Positions 48,890 through 60,011 are shown, numbered from the stretch's first letter. The stretch is DNA of 64,000 bases from Basidiobolus meristosporus CBS 931.73 (GCA_002104905.1 MCFE01000111.1:62001-126000); one strand, 5' to 3'. A program made the numbers and translations. The notes: generated by a model from the sequence alone, not told the origin.

Positions 48890-50413
48890 CTAGAAGCGGG
48901 ATAGATCGCACTCGGTCAACTTCACGATCTTGGTCTTGTTGATGATTTTGTACCCGAAGTAGAGTACGGCAAAGATGATGATGGCAAGGTAACCACCAAT
49001 ACACACGCCCCAGTCGAAATGACCATTGGTGTATGCTTCATACCCTTGCCCGCCAAGAACAACTGCGCACAGGACAAATGCGAGAATGGGGCCGAATGGG
49101 TACAGGCGGGCTCTGTATGGCAATTCGTCCAAAGAATGCCCCTGAGCGAGGAATGCTTTACGGAAACGATAGTGGCTCACTGCAATTCCGATCCAGGCAA
49201 TGAAGCCTGAGGTACTGGAGGCACGCAAAAGCCACATGTAGATGACACCGTTCCCGAAGAGGGATGTCAGAAACGCCAAGCACCCAACAACAGCGGTAAG
49301 GATCAGAGCGTGCATGGGAACCCCGCGTGAGTTCACCCGACCGAAAATCTTGGGGGCCATGTTGGAGTTGGCCATCATCCATAGAGTGCGGGTGCATGCA
49401 TAAAGAGCAGAGTTTCCAGCGGAGAGGACAGTGATGAGGATAATGGCGTTCATAACGTCCGACGCAGGGCCAAGGCCAGCAAGTTTGAAGACCAAGGTGA
49501 AGGGAGAAATGGCAACGTCCTGGACACTACCCGAACTCACCAGGTTGGGGTCTGTGTAGGGAATGAGGAAGCTGATGATCATAATGGCGCCAATATAGAA
49601 GAGCAGGATTCTCCAGAAAACCTGTTTGATGGCGGTTGGAACGTTCTTCTCCGGGTTTTCGCTCTCTCCGGCGGCCACTCCAACCAACTCGGTTCCCATG
49701 AAAGAGAAACCGGCAACCAAGAAAACGCCCAGCGTGCCGAGTGCGCCATCTACGAAGGGGGCATCACCCAAGGTGAAATTTCTGGTACCGTACTTCACAC
49801 CACCAAGGACACCGGTAGCAACAAATATACCAATGATAATGAAGATCACGACGGTTACTACCTTGATCAGAGCAAACCAGTATTCTGCTTCGCCGTATCC
49901 CTTCACGGAAATAGAGTTGATCCCCACGATGATCACCAGCAAGCAGGCACTCCATACCCAGTTCGGAACATGAGGGAGCCAGTATTGCATGATCAGACCT
50001 CCAGCAGAAAGCTCCACCGCAACGGTCAGAGCCCATGAATACCAGTAGTTCCAACTGAGAGCAAATCCGAAGGCTGGGTCAACAAAGCGAGCACCGTAAG
50101 CATTGAAAGAGCCCGAGATTGGCATGTAGGTGGCCATCTCCCCCAGACTGGTCATCAGGAAGAACACCATGATGCCGATTAGTCCGTAGCCAAGTAGAGC
50201 ACCACCAGGTCCTCCGGTAGCGATAGAAGCACCGCTGGCAAGGAAAAGGCCCGTACCGATGGTACCTCCGATAGAAATCATCGATAGATGGCGCCCCTTT
50301 AGCGATCTTCTGAGTTCGGCTTTCTCGCCCTCGATGCTGCAGCTCTCCAGCTCGGCTAGCTTCTCGGGGTCTTTTAAGTGGGATTGTTGGGTAAACGATC
50401 GCTCGGCTTCCAT
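48890..50413 (-). CDS. APC-superfamily amino acid permease, LysP-like, intronless (copy 1)
   Basis: RHLSMISIGGTIGTGLF, GEAEYWF, GFSFMGTELVGVAAGES; likely ATG at 50413 (MEAERSF), 507 aa. Confidence 0.93.
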   Translation of the reverse strand: MEAERSFTQQSHLKDPEKLAELESCSIEGEKAELRRSLKGRHLSMISIGGTIGTGLFLASGASIATGGPGGALLGYGLIGIMVFFLMTSLGEMATYMPISGSFNAYGARFVDPAFGFALSWNYWYSWALTVAVELSAGGLIMQYWLPHVPNWVWSACLLVIIVGINSISVKGYGEAEYWFALIKVVTVVIFIIIGIFVATGVLGGVKYGTRNFTLGDAPFVDGALGTLGVFLVAGFSFMGTELVGVAAGESENPEKNVPTAIKQVFWRILLFYIGAIMIISFLIPYTDPNLVSSGSVQDVAISPFTLVFKLAGLGPASDVMNAIILITVLSAGNSALYACTRTLWMMANSNMAPKIFGRVNSRGVPMHALILTAVVGCLAFLTSLFGNGVIYMWLLRASSTSGFIAWIGIAVSHYRFRKAFLAQGHSLDELPYRARLYPFGPILAFVLCAVVLGGQGYEAYTNGHFDWGVCIGGYLAIIIFAVLYFGYKIINKTKIVKLTECDLSRF

Positions 50414-51442
50414 GTTGTGTGTATTAAGGGGCACTGTACAGCAGAGCGTGTGAGTAATTCTAGTCTTGAGAATATGAAACTGCGAGGAGACTCTCACGGC
50501 ATTTATAAGAAACCAGAGATTCCTCGACCGTAACCCTGGGGTTGGACAGAAAAAGAGAGGGAGATATGCCATAAACGGTACATGTCAGGCTACCATTTGT
50601 CCTCTGGATATTTTCTAGACCAAATGCAACCCAATTACCCTGTGGCTTCTGCTCTGAACAACCCAATTACCCTTAACCATCTACGAGGAATACCAAAAAA
50701 AGCCATGTATCGACCAATATGGAAGTACCTTGGACGAAAAGTATAACATGTGAGGAATTTTCTGGCCAGGAAAGGAATTTTCAACTTTGGCCTGGATAGA
50801 TCAGGATGACTCACGGAGCAGTTGTTACAAATCCATGGATTCATAATGGTTACCATAGGGGGCATTATTTATTGTCAATATGCTCGCACTTTTTATTTGC
50901 TGTACGGCTCAGCAACGTTACGGGAAAGCGGCTTAATTAACTGATCGCTGATAAGCCTAATGCAAGGGTTGATGAGCATGTTTGGAAGGTTGCTTCGAAA
51001 ACATTCTCCATGTGATTGCTCGAAAGGGAATTCGTGACAATAGAACATTCCTCCCACACCGAAAAGTCACCCAACCCAACGAAAAGTCTACATGTGAGCG
51101 ATGGAAGGTGATTAAAATGGACAAGTGAAATTTTCTTCGCTTATCTACAGAGGTTAATGGTGCTGGCCAATTGCTACTGTTACTACCGTTCACTCTGCTA
51201 ATCCATGATCTCTCAGGCGAAGGATTTAAGTTAATATTGGTTCCCATATCAGGCATGGTGCTAGTCGACAAATCTAAAATAAGCTTTTGCCTTGTCATCC
51301 ATCCACTTCATTAAAGTCAGTTGACTGGAATTAAACTTCCTGAAGTGAGACCCCTCCCTCCACCCATTCGGTTCCTATAAAAAAGCATCCGTCACCGTCT
51401 CAGAGACCCAACAACCCTTCTATTGATTATAACTAATTCACA

Positions 51443-52960
51443 ATGGGAGGAGATATAGAGCTACAAACTAATACCTATTTCACAGAACAGAAGAAGACCC
51501 TCGATGTTGAAAGCAACTATCCTGAATCGACAGAGGGTGGGGGAGGGCTCAGAAGAACACTAAAGGCGCGTCACCTGTCCATGATTTCCATCGGCGGAAC
51601 CATCGGAACCGGGCTTTTCCTGGCCAGTGGTCTTTCCATCAGCAATGGTGGACCTGGTGGTGCTCTGCTCGCCTATTCTCTAATTGGTATGATGGTGTTC
51701 TTTATGATGACCAGTCTGGGCGAGATGGCCACGTACATCCCCGTTTCTGGTTCATTCAACACATATGGTGCCCGCTTCGTCGACCCGGCCTTTGGATTCG
51801 CCCTCAGTTGGAACTACTGGTACTCATGGGCACTCACGGTGGCGGTGGAGCTTTCGGCGTCGGGCCTGATCATGAAATACTGGTTTCGGGATGTCCCCAG
51901 CTGGGTGTGGAGTGCCAGCGTTTTGGTGATCATCATAGCAATCAACTCATTCTCCGCGAGAGGATACGGCGAGGCGGAGTACTGGTTCGCCTTGATCAAA
52001 GTCATCACCGTGGTCGTGTTTATCATAGTAGGCATATTTGTTGCTGCCGGTGTTCTCGGAGGCGTCAAGTACGGGTTCCAAAACTTCACCAAGGGAGAAG
52101 CCCCATTTGTGAACGGTGGGCTTGGTGTCCTCAGTGTCTTTCTGCTGGCCGGGTTCTCTTTCATGGGAACAGAGCTGGTAGGCGTGGCTGCCGGTGAAAG
52201 TGAAAACCCGGAGAAGAACATCCCCAAGGCTATCAAGCAAGTTTTCTGGCGTATTTTACTCTTCTACATTGGCGCAATCTTCATCATCGGCCTATTGATT
52301 CCATATGACGATCCTTTGTTAACCAGCGAGGATGTCCAGACCTCTCCCTTCACCCTTGGCTTTAAGCTTGCTGGCCTTGGATTCGCCCCCGATGTCATGA
52401 ATGCCATTATACTGATTACAGTTCTCTCGGCCGGAAATTCTGCCCTCTATGCATGCACTCGAACTCTATGGACCATGTCCCATTCAAACATGGCCCCCAA
52501 GATCTTTGGCCGCATCAATTCTCGAGGTGTGCCCATGTACGCAATGCTACTTACTGCTGCGTTCGGGTGCCTTGCTTTCCTAACATCGTTATTCGGAGAT
52601 GAAGTTGTATACGAATGGCTACTCAAGGCTTCCGGCACCTCCGGGTTTCTCGCCTGGGTTGGAATTGCTGTCAGCCACCTCCGATTCCGTAGAGCATTCA
52701 TCGCACAAGGTCACACACTTGATGAGCTTCCTTACCGCGCCAAATTGTATCCGTTTGGCCCTATAGTCGCTCTGTTACTTTGCATAGTGGTGATAGCCGG
52801 ACAGGGCATCAATGCCTACTCTAACGGCAAGTTCGATTTCCTTCAGGCTTTCGGAGAATACCTAGCCGTCATCTTGTTCGCGATCCTGTATCTTGGATTC
52901 AAGATCATCAAGAAAACCAAAGTCGTTCCACTAACCCAGTGCGATTTTAGCCGAACCTAG
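51443..52960 (+). CDS. APC-superfamily amino acid permease, LysP-like, intronless (copy 2)
   Basis: Paralog of copy 1 in divergent orientation; same motifs; 505 aa. Confidence 0.93.
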   Translation: MGGDIELQTNTYFTEQKKTLDVESNYPESTEGGGGLRRTLKARHLSMISIGGTIGTGLFLASGLSISNGGPGGALLAYSLIGMMVFFMMTSLGEMATYIPVSGSFNTYGARFVDPAFGFALSWNYWYSWALTVAVELSASGLIMKYWFRDVPSWVWSASVLVIIIAINSFSARGYGEAEYWFALIKVITVVVFIIVGIFVAAGVLGGVKYGFQNFTKGEAPFVNGGLGVLSVFLLAGFSFMGTELVGVAAGESENPEKNIPKAIKQVFWRILLFYIGAIFIIGLLIPYDDPLLTSEDVQTSPFTLGFKLAGLGFAPDVMNAIILITVLSAGNSALYACTRTLWTMSHSNMAPKIFGRINSRGVPMYAMLLTAAFGCLAFLTSLFGDEVVYEWLLKASGTSGFLAWVGIAVSHLRFRRAFIAQGHTLDELPYRAKLYPFGPIVALLLCIVVIAGQGINAYSNGKFDFLQAFGEYLAVILFAILYLGFKIIKKTKVVPLTQCDFSRT

Positions 52961-53141
52961 CTTCTGCAACCTGCATGCAACATTATATATTTAGTCAATT
53001 CTCATCATGTAGATACACAATCTTTCACATACCTGAATAAATCTAAACTAGATACTACTTTCGATCAATCGATCAAATCTGCTTGAAAAGCCAAAGGAAA
53101 GTGGGTTCGATAGTGGGTTTCCTTTTTTCAAAGGAAGCAAC

Positions 53142-54955
53142 ATGTACACTCCCATCAATATCGATCCGAACACGTCTCTTCGGCGAATTTACGAAGATCG
53201 GTTATCTTATCATTTGAGTCTATGTCTCGGCAGAAGAGATATTGTTCGGGCATGGAAAATCCTTCAAGTTCTGTTTCCTTTTCAGCGAGCACGTTTTGAA
53301 GTATTGTGGAAGGTAAGGAAGCGTCCGTGGCGAATTCTCTAGAGTCACCAACCACTCAACCCGAATTTTCTTTCTTCCCCCAAACGTGCAGGGAGGAGTT
53401 ACCGTAATGCAGACTCTGCCAAGTTGCCAAGTTGAATTAACCCGGTTTTTCCAGCTTCTCCTTACCAGACACAGCGAATATGTAAATCTCTGGCATATCT
53501 TGGCCTCTCGAATCTTCCAGTAATTTATTGTTTTGCATATAGCGCGAGGAATTGCTCTTGGAAATGACCTACCACCAGATTCAACAAGGAAGCGTTCAAG
53601 AGGCTTACGGAACAATCATGGGGTAAGCAAGCTCCTTACGATCCTCATACCTCTCAGTAGATAGAATTCTCTCAATGCTCTCCCAGTAGTGTACCAGACA
53701 GCCAATTTAACCCGTCTCAATGCTTAGTTATATATATCACTCCCCTTTCAGCGAGAATCCCCTTATACATGGGTATGCTGGAATGCTCTCCGCCTATCTA
53801 GCGGAAAAAGATAACACGAGACGGAGCCAAAGCTTTGTTCGAAGTAGTCAGAGCATGGACCCCTACGGAAATGCGGATGATGAGCCGAGTGATAGCCAAG
53901 GTAAATACGGGAGAATTTCATGTTGAAGACGGCTTGACTAACAAGACTAAAGCACCAATCCAAAGGAACGTATCGGAGGCAATCAAACATTTCGAGAAAG
54001 CCTGTGCGCTAGACAATTCCAATGACATGTTTACCAGGTGCATGGTGGAGGTAAATCCAATTTTTTATCGAGTGGAATGGACTAGCTCTTACACTAATGG
54101 CTTACCACCAGCTGCTATTCAAAAGCGGGCAACGTGACGAGGCAATCACATTAATGGAGGAGTTTTGCAAGAAGAATCCAACCAACCCTACTATTCAACA
54201 GTAAGCATTGATTGGAAACATTCATGATGTTGAGGGATTTACCATCATTTAATCGTAGCATGCTTTTCTCAACCCTTTACGCCGAGTTCCCCAATGACCA
54301 TAGCAAATGGATAGATCATGCTAAACAATGCGCACGACTGGACCCTGCTTGTGATTTAGAAAGCATCATTCAGCCAATTGTTCAGCACTACGAGATGGTC
54401 ATCAGCAAGCAGGTGGCATCCGAAAGCGTGCCTACACGGCTCGAGATTCTACGGCTCTTGGCTACTCGGATCGACTATGGGGCCAGCGAGATGTGGGTTT
54501 GGGAGAAAACCGTCGAAACCCTTATGCATATCAAGTAATTCGCCATTTGTACACCTCAGATCACCGGACATGTATGCTGATCCAACTATTAGGAAGAAGC
54601 CATCTGTATCAGACGCTGACGCCGAAATCTGGAAAGATCGGTTGAGCTGGTGGTCATCGTTTCTTTTCCTGCGCCTGCCGACTCCGTCAACACTGAACCT
54701 AAGCAACGAGGAGGACAAACTTTTGGGTGGGTGAACCATGTAGCAAGGCCGAGTTTCGAATCTTACTAACCATACGACCCAGTACTGAAGTTGATTTGCG
54801 CACGCTACATCTACCCAGTCGACTATGTGAAGTTTCCCGCAAGCCAGATATTGTTCCGAAGCTCGAGCAAGAAGGAGCTGAAGGGCCTGCTAAAGCCACA
54901 TGAATTTTGGCTCAAGCGAATCGAGGAGGAAGCACTCAACTCGGATGACGCATAG
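53142..54955 (+). CDS. Multi-exon helical-repeat protein, possibly RNA polymerase I TBP-associated factor TAF1A/Rrn11-like
   Basis: Chain of short ORFs bounded by GT-AG sites, ending ...NSDDA* at 54955; TPR-like KHFEKACALD and NPLIHGYAGML recall TAF1A homologs. Family call is from memory and uncertain. Confidence 0.5.
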
Positions 54956-55117
54956 AGGGTTTTTTTGTATTATTGTACAGTTGTTCACGAATAAAGTGAT
55001 TCCATAGAACGTTTATTTCGTGAGTATTAGGGATAAATTCCGAGGGTGGACAAAATTATACATGACTCGGGTAGGAAGTGATTACTATACTATGCTTCAA
55101 GGTATGTAGAGCTGCGC

Positions 55118-58100
55118 TTATTTGCCAGCACCGGTGGACTTGACAGTTCTGACGGTGGGGTACATTTGTAGTCCGGCGATTTCTGGGTTCCAGTTGATTG
55201 GCTTCCTCTTTCGGATGATGATCCGGCGTACGGTAGAATAGAGTATGAGGAACGCACCAAACGCTAAGGGGATCAGCCAGTAGAGTGGGCTGAGACGGTG
55301 TGAAGTACCGAATGCAATATTGAATGGTGGGATATAGACGATCATCATAGCCAAGGCAGCGCCGCAAAACATTCCATAGAATGTCTTCTTGTTGCGGAAC
55401 ATGTACTTGCCGAATGGAAGACGGATAAGACATTTGCAGGCAAACAAGTTGAAGCACTGACAGATCATGATTGAGAGATAGAAGATGCTCTGGGCTTGTG
55501 CAAGTGCTTCCTTTTGATCTTCATTGGTCAGGACTCGGCCGCTTGGGAGGGTATATGATGGTGAATCATTCAGGAAATATTGGTTGCCTTCCTGCATGTG
55601 ACGAGCCTGGGAGGGAGTGATACCGAATTCCCGATACAGAACCACAAAGTAGGCGGTCATGGCAGCAGCAAATTCGATGAGTCCTGCCTCGACATAAGCC
55701 CAAGATAATACACCAGCATCCACCAGAACCTCGTCGTCGGTCTCTTCAAAGAGCTCCCTCCAGTAGTAAGAGGTGAATTTTTCTGAAACACTGTGTTTGA
55801 AGAGAGTCATTTTAGATGGCCGGCTCTCCTCCCCAGACTCAACATCGACTGAAGCTACAGGGCGTCTGGCCATTTGGTTTCTGAGCCGAGTTACTGAACG
55901 AGCAGTTACAGGCTTACGAGGTGGAAGCTTCATCAATCCACCCTTGGTTTCAGGAAGTTCCCAGGCGTACGAGAGAGCGGCAAATATCTCGAAACCCAAG
56001 TCAATGACCAGAATCAAGATGGCAGATAGGGGGAGTGGAAGAGGCACAATGATGTACAACAAGTTCGGCAGGATTTCAGGCGTGCTGTGGGTCACTGTGT
56101 ACTGGATGGACTTCTTCAAATTGGCAAAGATAAGACGTCCTTCTTCAACTCCCTTGACGGTGGAGGCAAAGTTATCGTCCAGTAAGATCATGGCCGCTGC
56201 TTCCTTGGACACATCCGAGCCGGACTCGTTCATAGCTATACCCAGATCGGCTTTCTTCAGGGCGGGGGAGTCGTTCACACCATCCCCGGTAACACCCACA
56301 ATGTGGCCCATGGCCTGCGCACGCTTCACAATCTCCAACTTATGCCGGGGGGAGGTACGGGCAAAGATTATCTCATTCTTGGAGAAAATGATGTCCCAAT
56401 CGTCGTCAGACAGGGAGTCGATTTGCTCCCCGTGAATCACAATGGCCGAATATTCATGCTCTTGAACGCTCTCAACCGGGCGTCCAGTGCGCTTGGCTAC
56501 TTGGATCTTGGTTTCCGAGAGCACAAGATTGATTTTCCGTCCGACCGCTTCGGCAGTTAATGGATGATCACCGGTAACCATCATGACTTGAATTCCAGCA
56601 GAACGACAGCGACCAATGGCCTCACGGACTCCGTGTTTGGGAGGATCTTCAAGAGAAGCTAGACCAACGAAGCATAGATTGCTGGTGGGGTAGTTTTGGG
56701 CTTCCTTGGTAAACTGGAAATCTTCTGGGTACTGATCGCCGGGTAGCAACAGCTGAGCAAAGGCAAGCACGCGATGGCCCTTACTGGCCATGTACTCGTA
56801 GGTCTGATCATAGAGGGCCTGATGCTCCCCAGACAACGGAACGGCCTCGTTGTTGATCAGGATGGAACTGCATAGTCTCAACACGCGCTCAGGGGCTCCT
56901 TTAATGTACAGAGTCAGGGGCCCGTTGGCGTGACGTTTCTGGTGGATGGTCAATGCCCATTTGTTATCGGAGTTGAAGGGGATTTCAAAGACCTTGGGGA
57001 AATTGTTGGCCGCATTGTCGAAGTTGGGGAGGTTTTTGGCAGCAAATCGAACCAAACCCGATTCGGTAGCGTCTCCCAGGATTTGGCGCTCCTCCACAGG
57101 AATATCAACCCGATCGAATTTGGCCTTGGAGTTGAGGGTCGAAATATACATGATCTCATTGACGCCGGGTGCATCGGCAGTAAGTGGGACCTCTGGATTA
57201 CCAGCGGATGGGAACGCGGTATACATTACAAGCCCGCTCCAAACGTTGGTCACTGTCATCTGGTTTCTGGTCAACGTACCAGTCTTGTCGGTAGCCAGAA
57301 GTGTGATGGCACCAAGAGTCTCCACACCCTTAAGATCCTTGACTAGCACTTTGGCATCAGCCATTCTCTTGGCGGCGATGGTTAGAAGCATGGTCACTGT
57401 GGCGGGAAGACCCTCTGGGACCCAAGCGACGAAGACGCCAATGGCAAAATTGAGAGTGAACTGGATTTTCCCGTAGATGACTTGTCCAACAATGAAGAAG
57501 ATGACGGCGGTCAAGAATGCAACCGAGGCGATGATTTTAACAAAATTATCGATTTCAGTGGTTAGAGGGCTCTTCCTCTTCTTTTCTCCTTGAGTGAGGC
57601 CAGCGATTTGGCCCAACACAGTATTGTCACCCGTTCGGATGACTATGCCATACCCCTCACCAGAAACAACCAGAGTACCATTGAATGCAATGTTACTGGC
57701 CTCCAGAGGGTTCTTATGGGTGTTGGCTTTGGTTCGCTCTTGTGGCTCCGATTCACCAGTAAGAGAAGAGTTGTCAACCTTCATGTCAGATGAGGCAAAT
57801 ATCAGCAGATCAGCAGGAATCTTGTCCCCCATTCTGGCCAAAACAATGTCTCCTGGAACAAGATCTGCAGCAGCCATCTGATTCAATCGTCCATCGCGGA
57901 TAGCGAAGCACTTGGCGGGTATCATGTTAAGGAAAGAAGCAAGGATAGAGGCACTTTTCTGCAGCTGATAGAACTCGATGAATGCGTTCACCAAGGCAAC
58001 TCCGATCAGGATGGCTCCAAGATAAATGTTGGCCTGGTTGTTCACCGGATCGATAGCTAAAAGCACGTATTGAAGAATACCCGCCACAACCAGCAGAACA

Positions 58101-58531
58101 TTAAAAAGCCCCGCCAGACATTCAAGGTACAAGAAGAGAGGGGATTTCTTTTTCGGTGGAGTCAATATGTTGGGTCCATGCTCCTGGAGCCCTCTTGTGG
58201 CCTGGTCAGTGGTCAGTCCTTGGCTGTTTCCAGGTTTGGCAATATCGGCAGAGGTGTTGTACTTGTGGCAAACCTCCTCAAAGCCCATCAGATGCTCAAT
58301 AATATCGACATTCTTCTTTTGTTTAGAGTGCGGGGTTTTCTCGTCAAATGCTTCGGCAGCGGGTTCGTTGGAGGAGGGGGGGACGTAGGATACGGGAGTG
58401 ATATCAGAAGGGCGGAGAGGTTTCTCAGAATCCTGAAACACGACTTTGCTATGATGGGTGGCGGTAGAGATCAGGTCGTCATCATTGGGGTTGCTACTCA
58501 AATTATTGTTGTTACTATTATTGGCTGACAT
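55118..58531 (-). CDS. Type IIC P-type ATPase (Na+/K+- or H+/K+-ATPase alpha-like), intronless, 1137 aa
   Basis: LTGES, VPEGLP, DKTGTLT, KGAPERVL, MVTGDHP and TGDGVNDSPALKKAD; TM5-TM6 KSIQYTVTHSTPE...IDLGFE align with P2C pumps. Confidence 0.93.
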   Translation of the reverse strand: MSANNSNNNNLSSNPNDDDLISTATHHSKVVFQDSEKPLRPSDITPVSYVPPSSNEPAAEAFDEKTPHSKQKKNVDIIEHLMGFEEVCHKYNTSADIAKPGNSQGLTTDQATRGLQEHGPNILTPPKKKSPLFLYLECLAGLFNVLLVVAGILQYVLLAIDPVNNQANIYLGAILIGVALVNAFIEFYQLQKSASILASFLNMIPAKCFAIRDGRLNQMAAADLVPGDIVLARMGDKIPADLLIFASSDMKVDNSSLTGESEPQERTKANTHKNPLEASNIAFNGTLVVSGEGYGIVIRTGDNTVLGQIAGLTQGEKKRKSPLTTEIDNFVKIIASVAFLTAVIFFIVGQVIYGKIQFTLNFAIGVFVAWVPEGLPATVTMLLTIAAKRMADAKVLVKDLKGVETLGAITLLATDKTGTLTRNQMTVTNVWSGLVMYTAFPSAGNPEVPLTADAPGVNEIMYISTLNSKAKFDRVDIPVEERQILGDATESGLVRFAAKNLPNFDNAANNFPKVFEIPFNSDNKWALTIHQKRHANGPLTLYIKGAPERVLRLCSSILINNEAVPLSGEHQALYDQTYEYMASKGHRVLAFAQLLLPGDQYPEDFQFTKEAQNYPTSNLCFVGLASLEDPPKHGVREAIGRCRSAGIQVMMVTGDHPLTAEAVGRKINLVLSETKIQVAKRTGRPVESVQEHEYSAIVIHGEQIDSLSDDDWDIIFSKNEIIFARTSPRHKLEIVKRAQAMGHIVGVTGDGVNDSPALKKADLGIAMNESGSDVSKEAAAMILLDDNFASTVKGVEEGRLIFANLKKSIQYTVTHSTPEILPNLLYIIVPLPLPLSAILILVIDLGFEIFAALSYAWELPETKGGLMKLPPRKPVTARSVTRLRNQMARRPVASVDVESGEESRPSKMTLFKHSVSEKFTSYYWRELFEETDDEVLVDAGVLSWAYVEAGLIEFAAAMTAYFVVLYREFGITPSQARHMQEGNQYFLNDSPSYTLPSGRVLTNEDQKEALAQAQSIFYLSIMICQCFNLFACKCLIRLPFGKYMFRNKKTFYGMFCGAALAMMIVYIPPFNIAFGTSHRLSPLYWLIPLAFGAFLILYSTVRRIIIRKRKPINWNPEIAGLQMYPTVRTVKSTGAGK

Positions 58532-60011
58532 TATTGGCTTTCTCTAAAAGAGAAATACGAAGACGACGTAGGTATTAGGCGGAAAAACGAAACGAACGGC
58601 TATCAACGTCAACCAATTGTAAATGAGAGTAGAGGACAACTGTTCGCGGTAATGCTGAGTACGAGATGTTGAAGGGTGGAGGACATCCCTTATATATGGG
58701 TTGGAAAAGTATCCGATTATGACAATTCGCTTCTGACCCGTGACTCCACAGATAACTATACTACCCCATGTATCAGAACGCAAATAGGCTCTGTTGATTA
58801 CCAAACAGAAACATCTAATCATTGATCATTTGCTTTCCAGCACAGTCATTGTTTTGCCAAGCTATTGAATGCTATTCAATCAACGACGCATTTATTACCG
58901 CAGAATATGATTTGAAGCGGCGCTGTTTTTGGTTAGCGACCTGTAGGTAGCACTGCAGGTGGACAATCGATTACCACTAAAAATACCAGGATTCGTGAAA
59001 CTGCCATACAACAAACCAATGGTTCACCCCCCATCACATTTATTTTAATCCCCGAATCACTGAATGAGATCCTGCCCATCTAAGCTCTATTCACCTGCTT
59101 TACATTGAAATTGTTTCTGCCCACTTCACCACTATATTATACATACTGTACAGCAGCCTTGGATTGTGTGTGTAACATTGAACTCAGATAAGGAGTGATA
59201 AGAGTCGGTAGCCTAAAGTAAATGTTTCTAGAGGTCTGACTTACCAATGCCTGATGCAAATATGCAAACTTGGTGTCACCGAGGGAGACATAAATTTATG
59301 AATTTCAAACAATACCGTTTTTTAACAAATCGCAAAGGATTCTTTATTTTCTGGATTCAGTTTTCTTCCACGACTTTATCCTCTCTGTCATGACGTCTTG
59401 CACTCTGGTCTGACCCCTAACTCTGACCGACTGAGTCTTCGTAGGGAGAACGTTGGGTCAATTTCCAGATTAGTGCACCGATAACCACTGTACTGTATCG
59501 TCCGTAGGCTCGAAATTAAGAATGAGGGGTAGAACATGTTTTCCGATATCAACGGTTGTTTGTCAAGACTCCATTCTTTATCGCTGCCAATGAAACCCCG
59601 TCACTTCGTGATACGTAACTCAAGCGGCTCTACTGGCCCTGGATCAGAAGACCGATATCTGAAGTAGCCGTGATTTTTTTTCCTGTTAAGGAACGTCCGT
59701 CATTTTCCATTGGTTTCACAGCAGAATGAAAAGGTTGGACTCTGCGCTAAAGAGTTGCTCGGGAAGACCTATTGATAGAACCCGTAAAATATAAAACTCT
59801 TGTGGATACTCTATCTACTCTAACAATATTGACCATTTTATATATTTACTATACTATTTCTACGCTCTTGTACCAACCGACTGTAGTTTTAGGGTCTGCA
59901 TAAAAAACCCGGGGTCACTTCGGTCACTTTGAATCAGTGGATGTGAACTCTAACCTAGGGGGGTTGAGGTTAATCCGGGGAAAGGGATGAACAAGTCATA
60001 GCCATAGGCAC

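Noticed and set aside
50950-51145. Two GATAAG sites (50950 and reverse at 51140) as nitrogen-regulation elements
   Set aside because: About the number expected by chance in 1 kb; not clustered.
48890-52960. Bacterial contamination as the source of the LysP-like genes
   Set aside because: They are flanked by a PTS1-bearing CAT gene and intron-containing genes, have TATA-like promoters, and show no operon structure. Read-level confirmation is still advisable.
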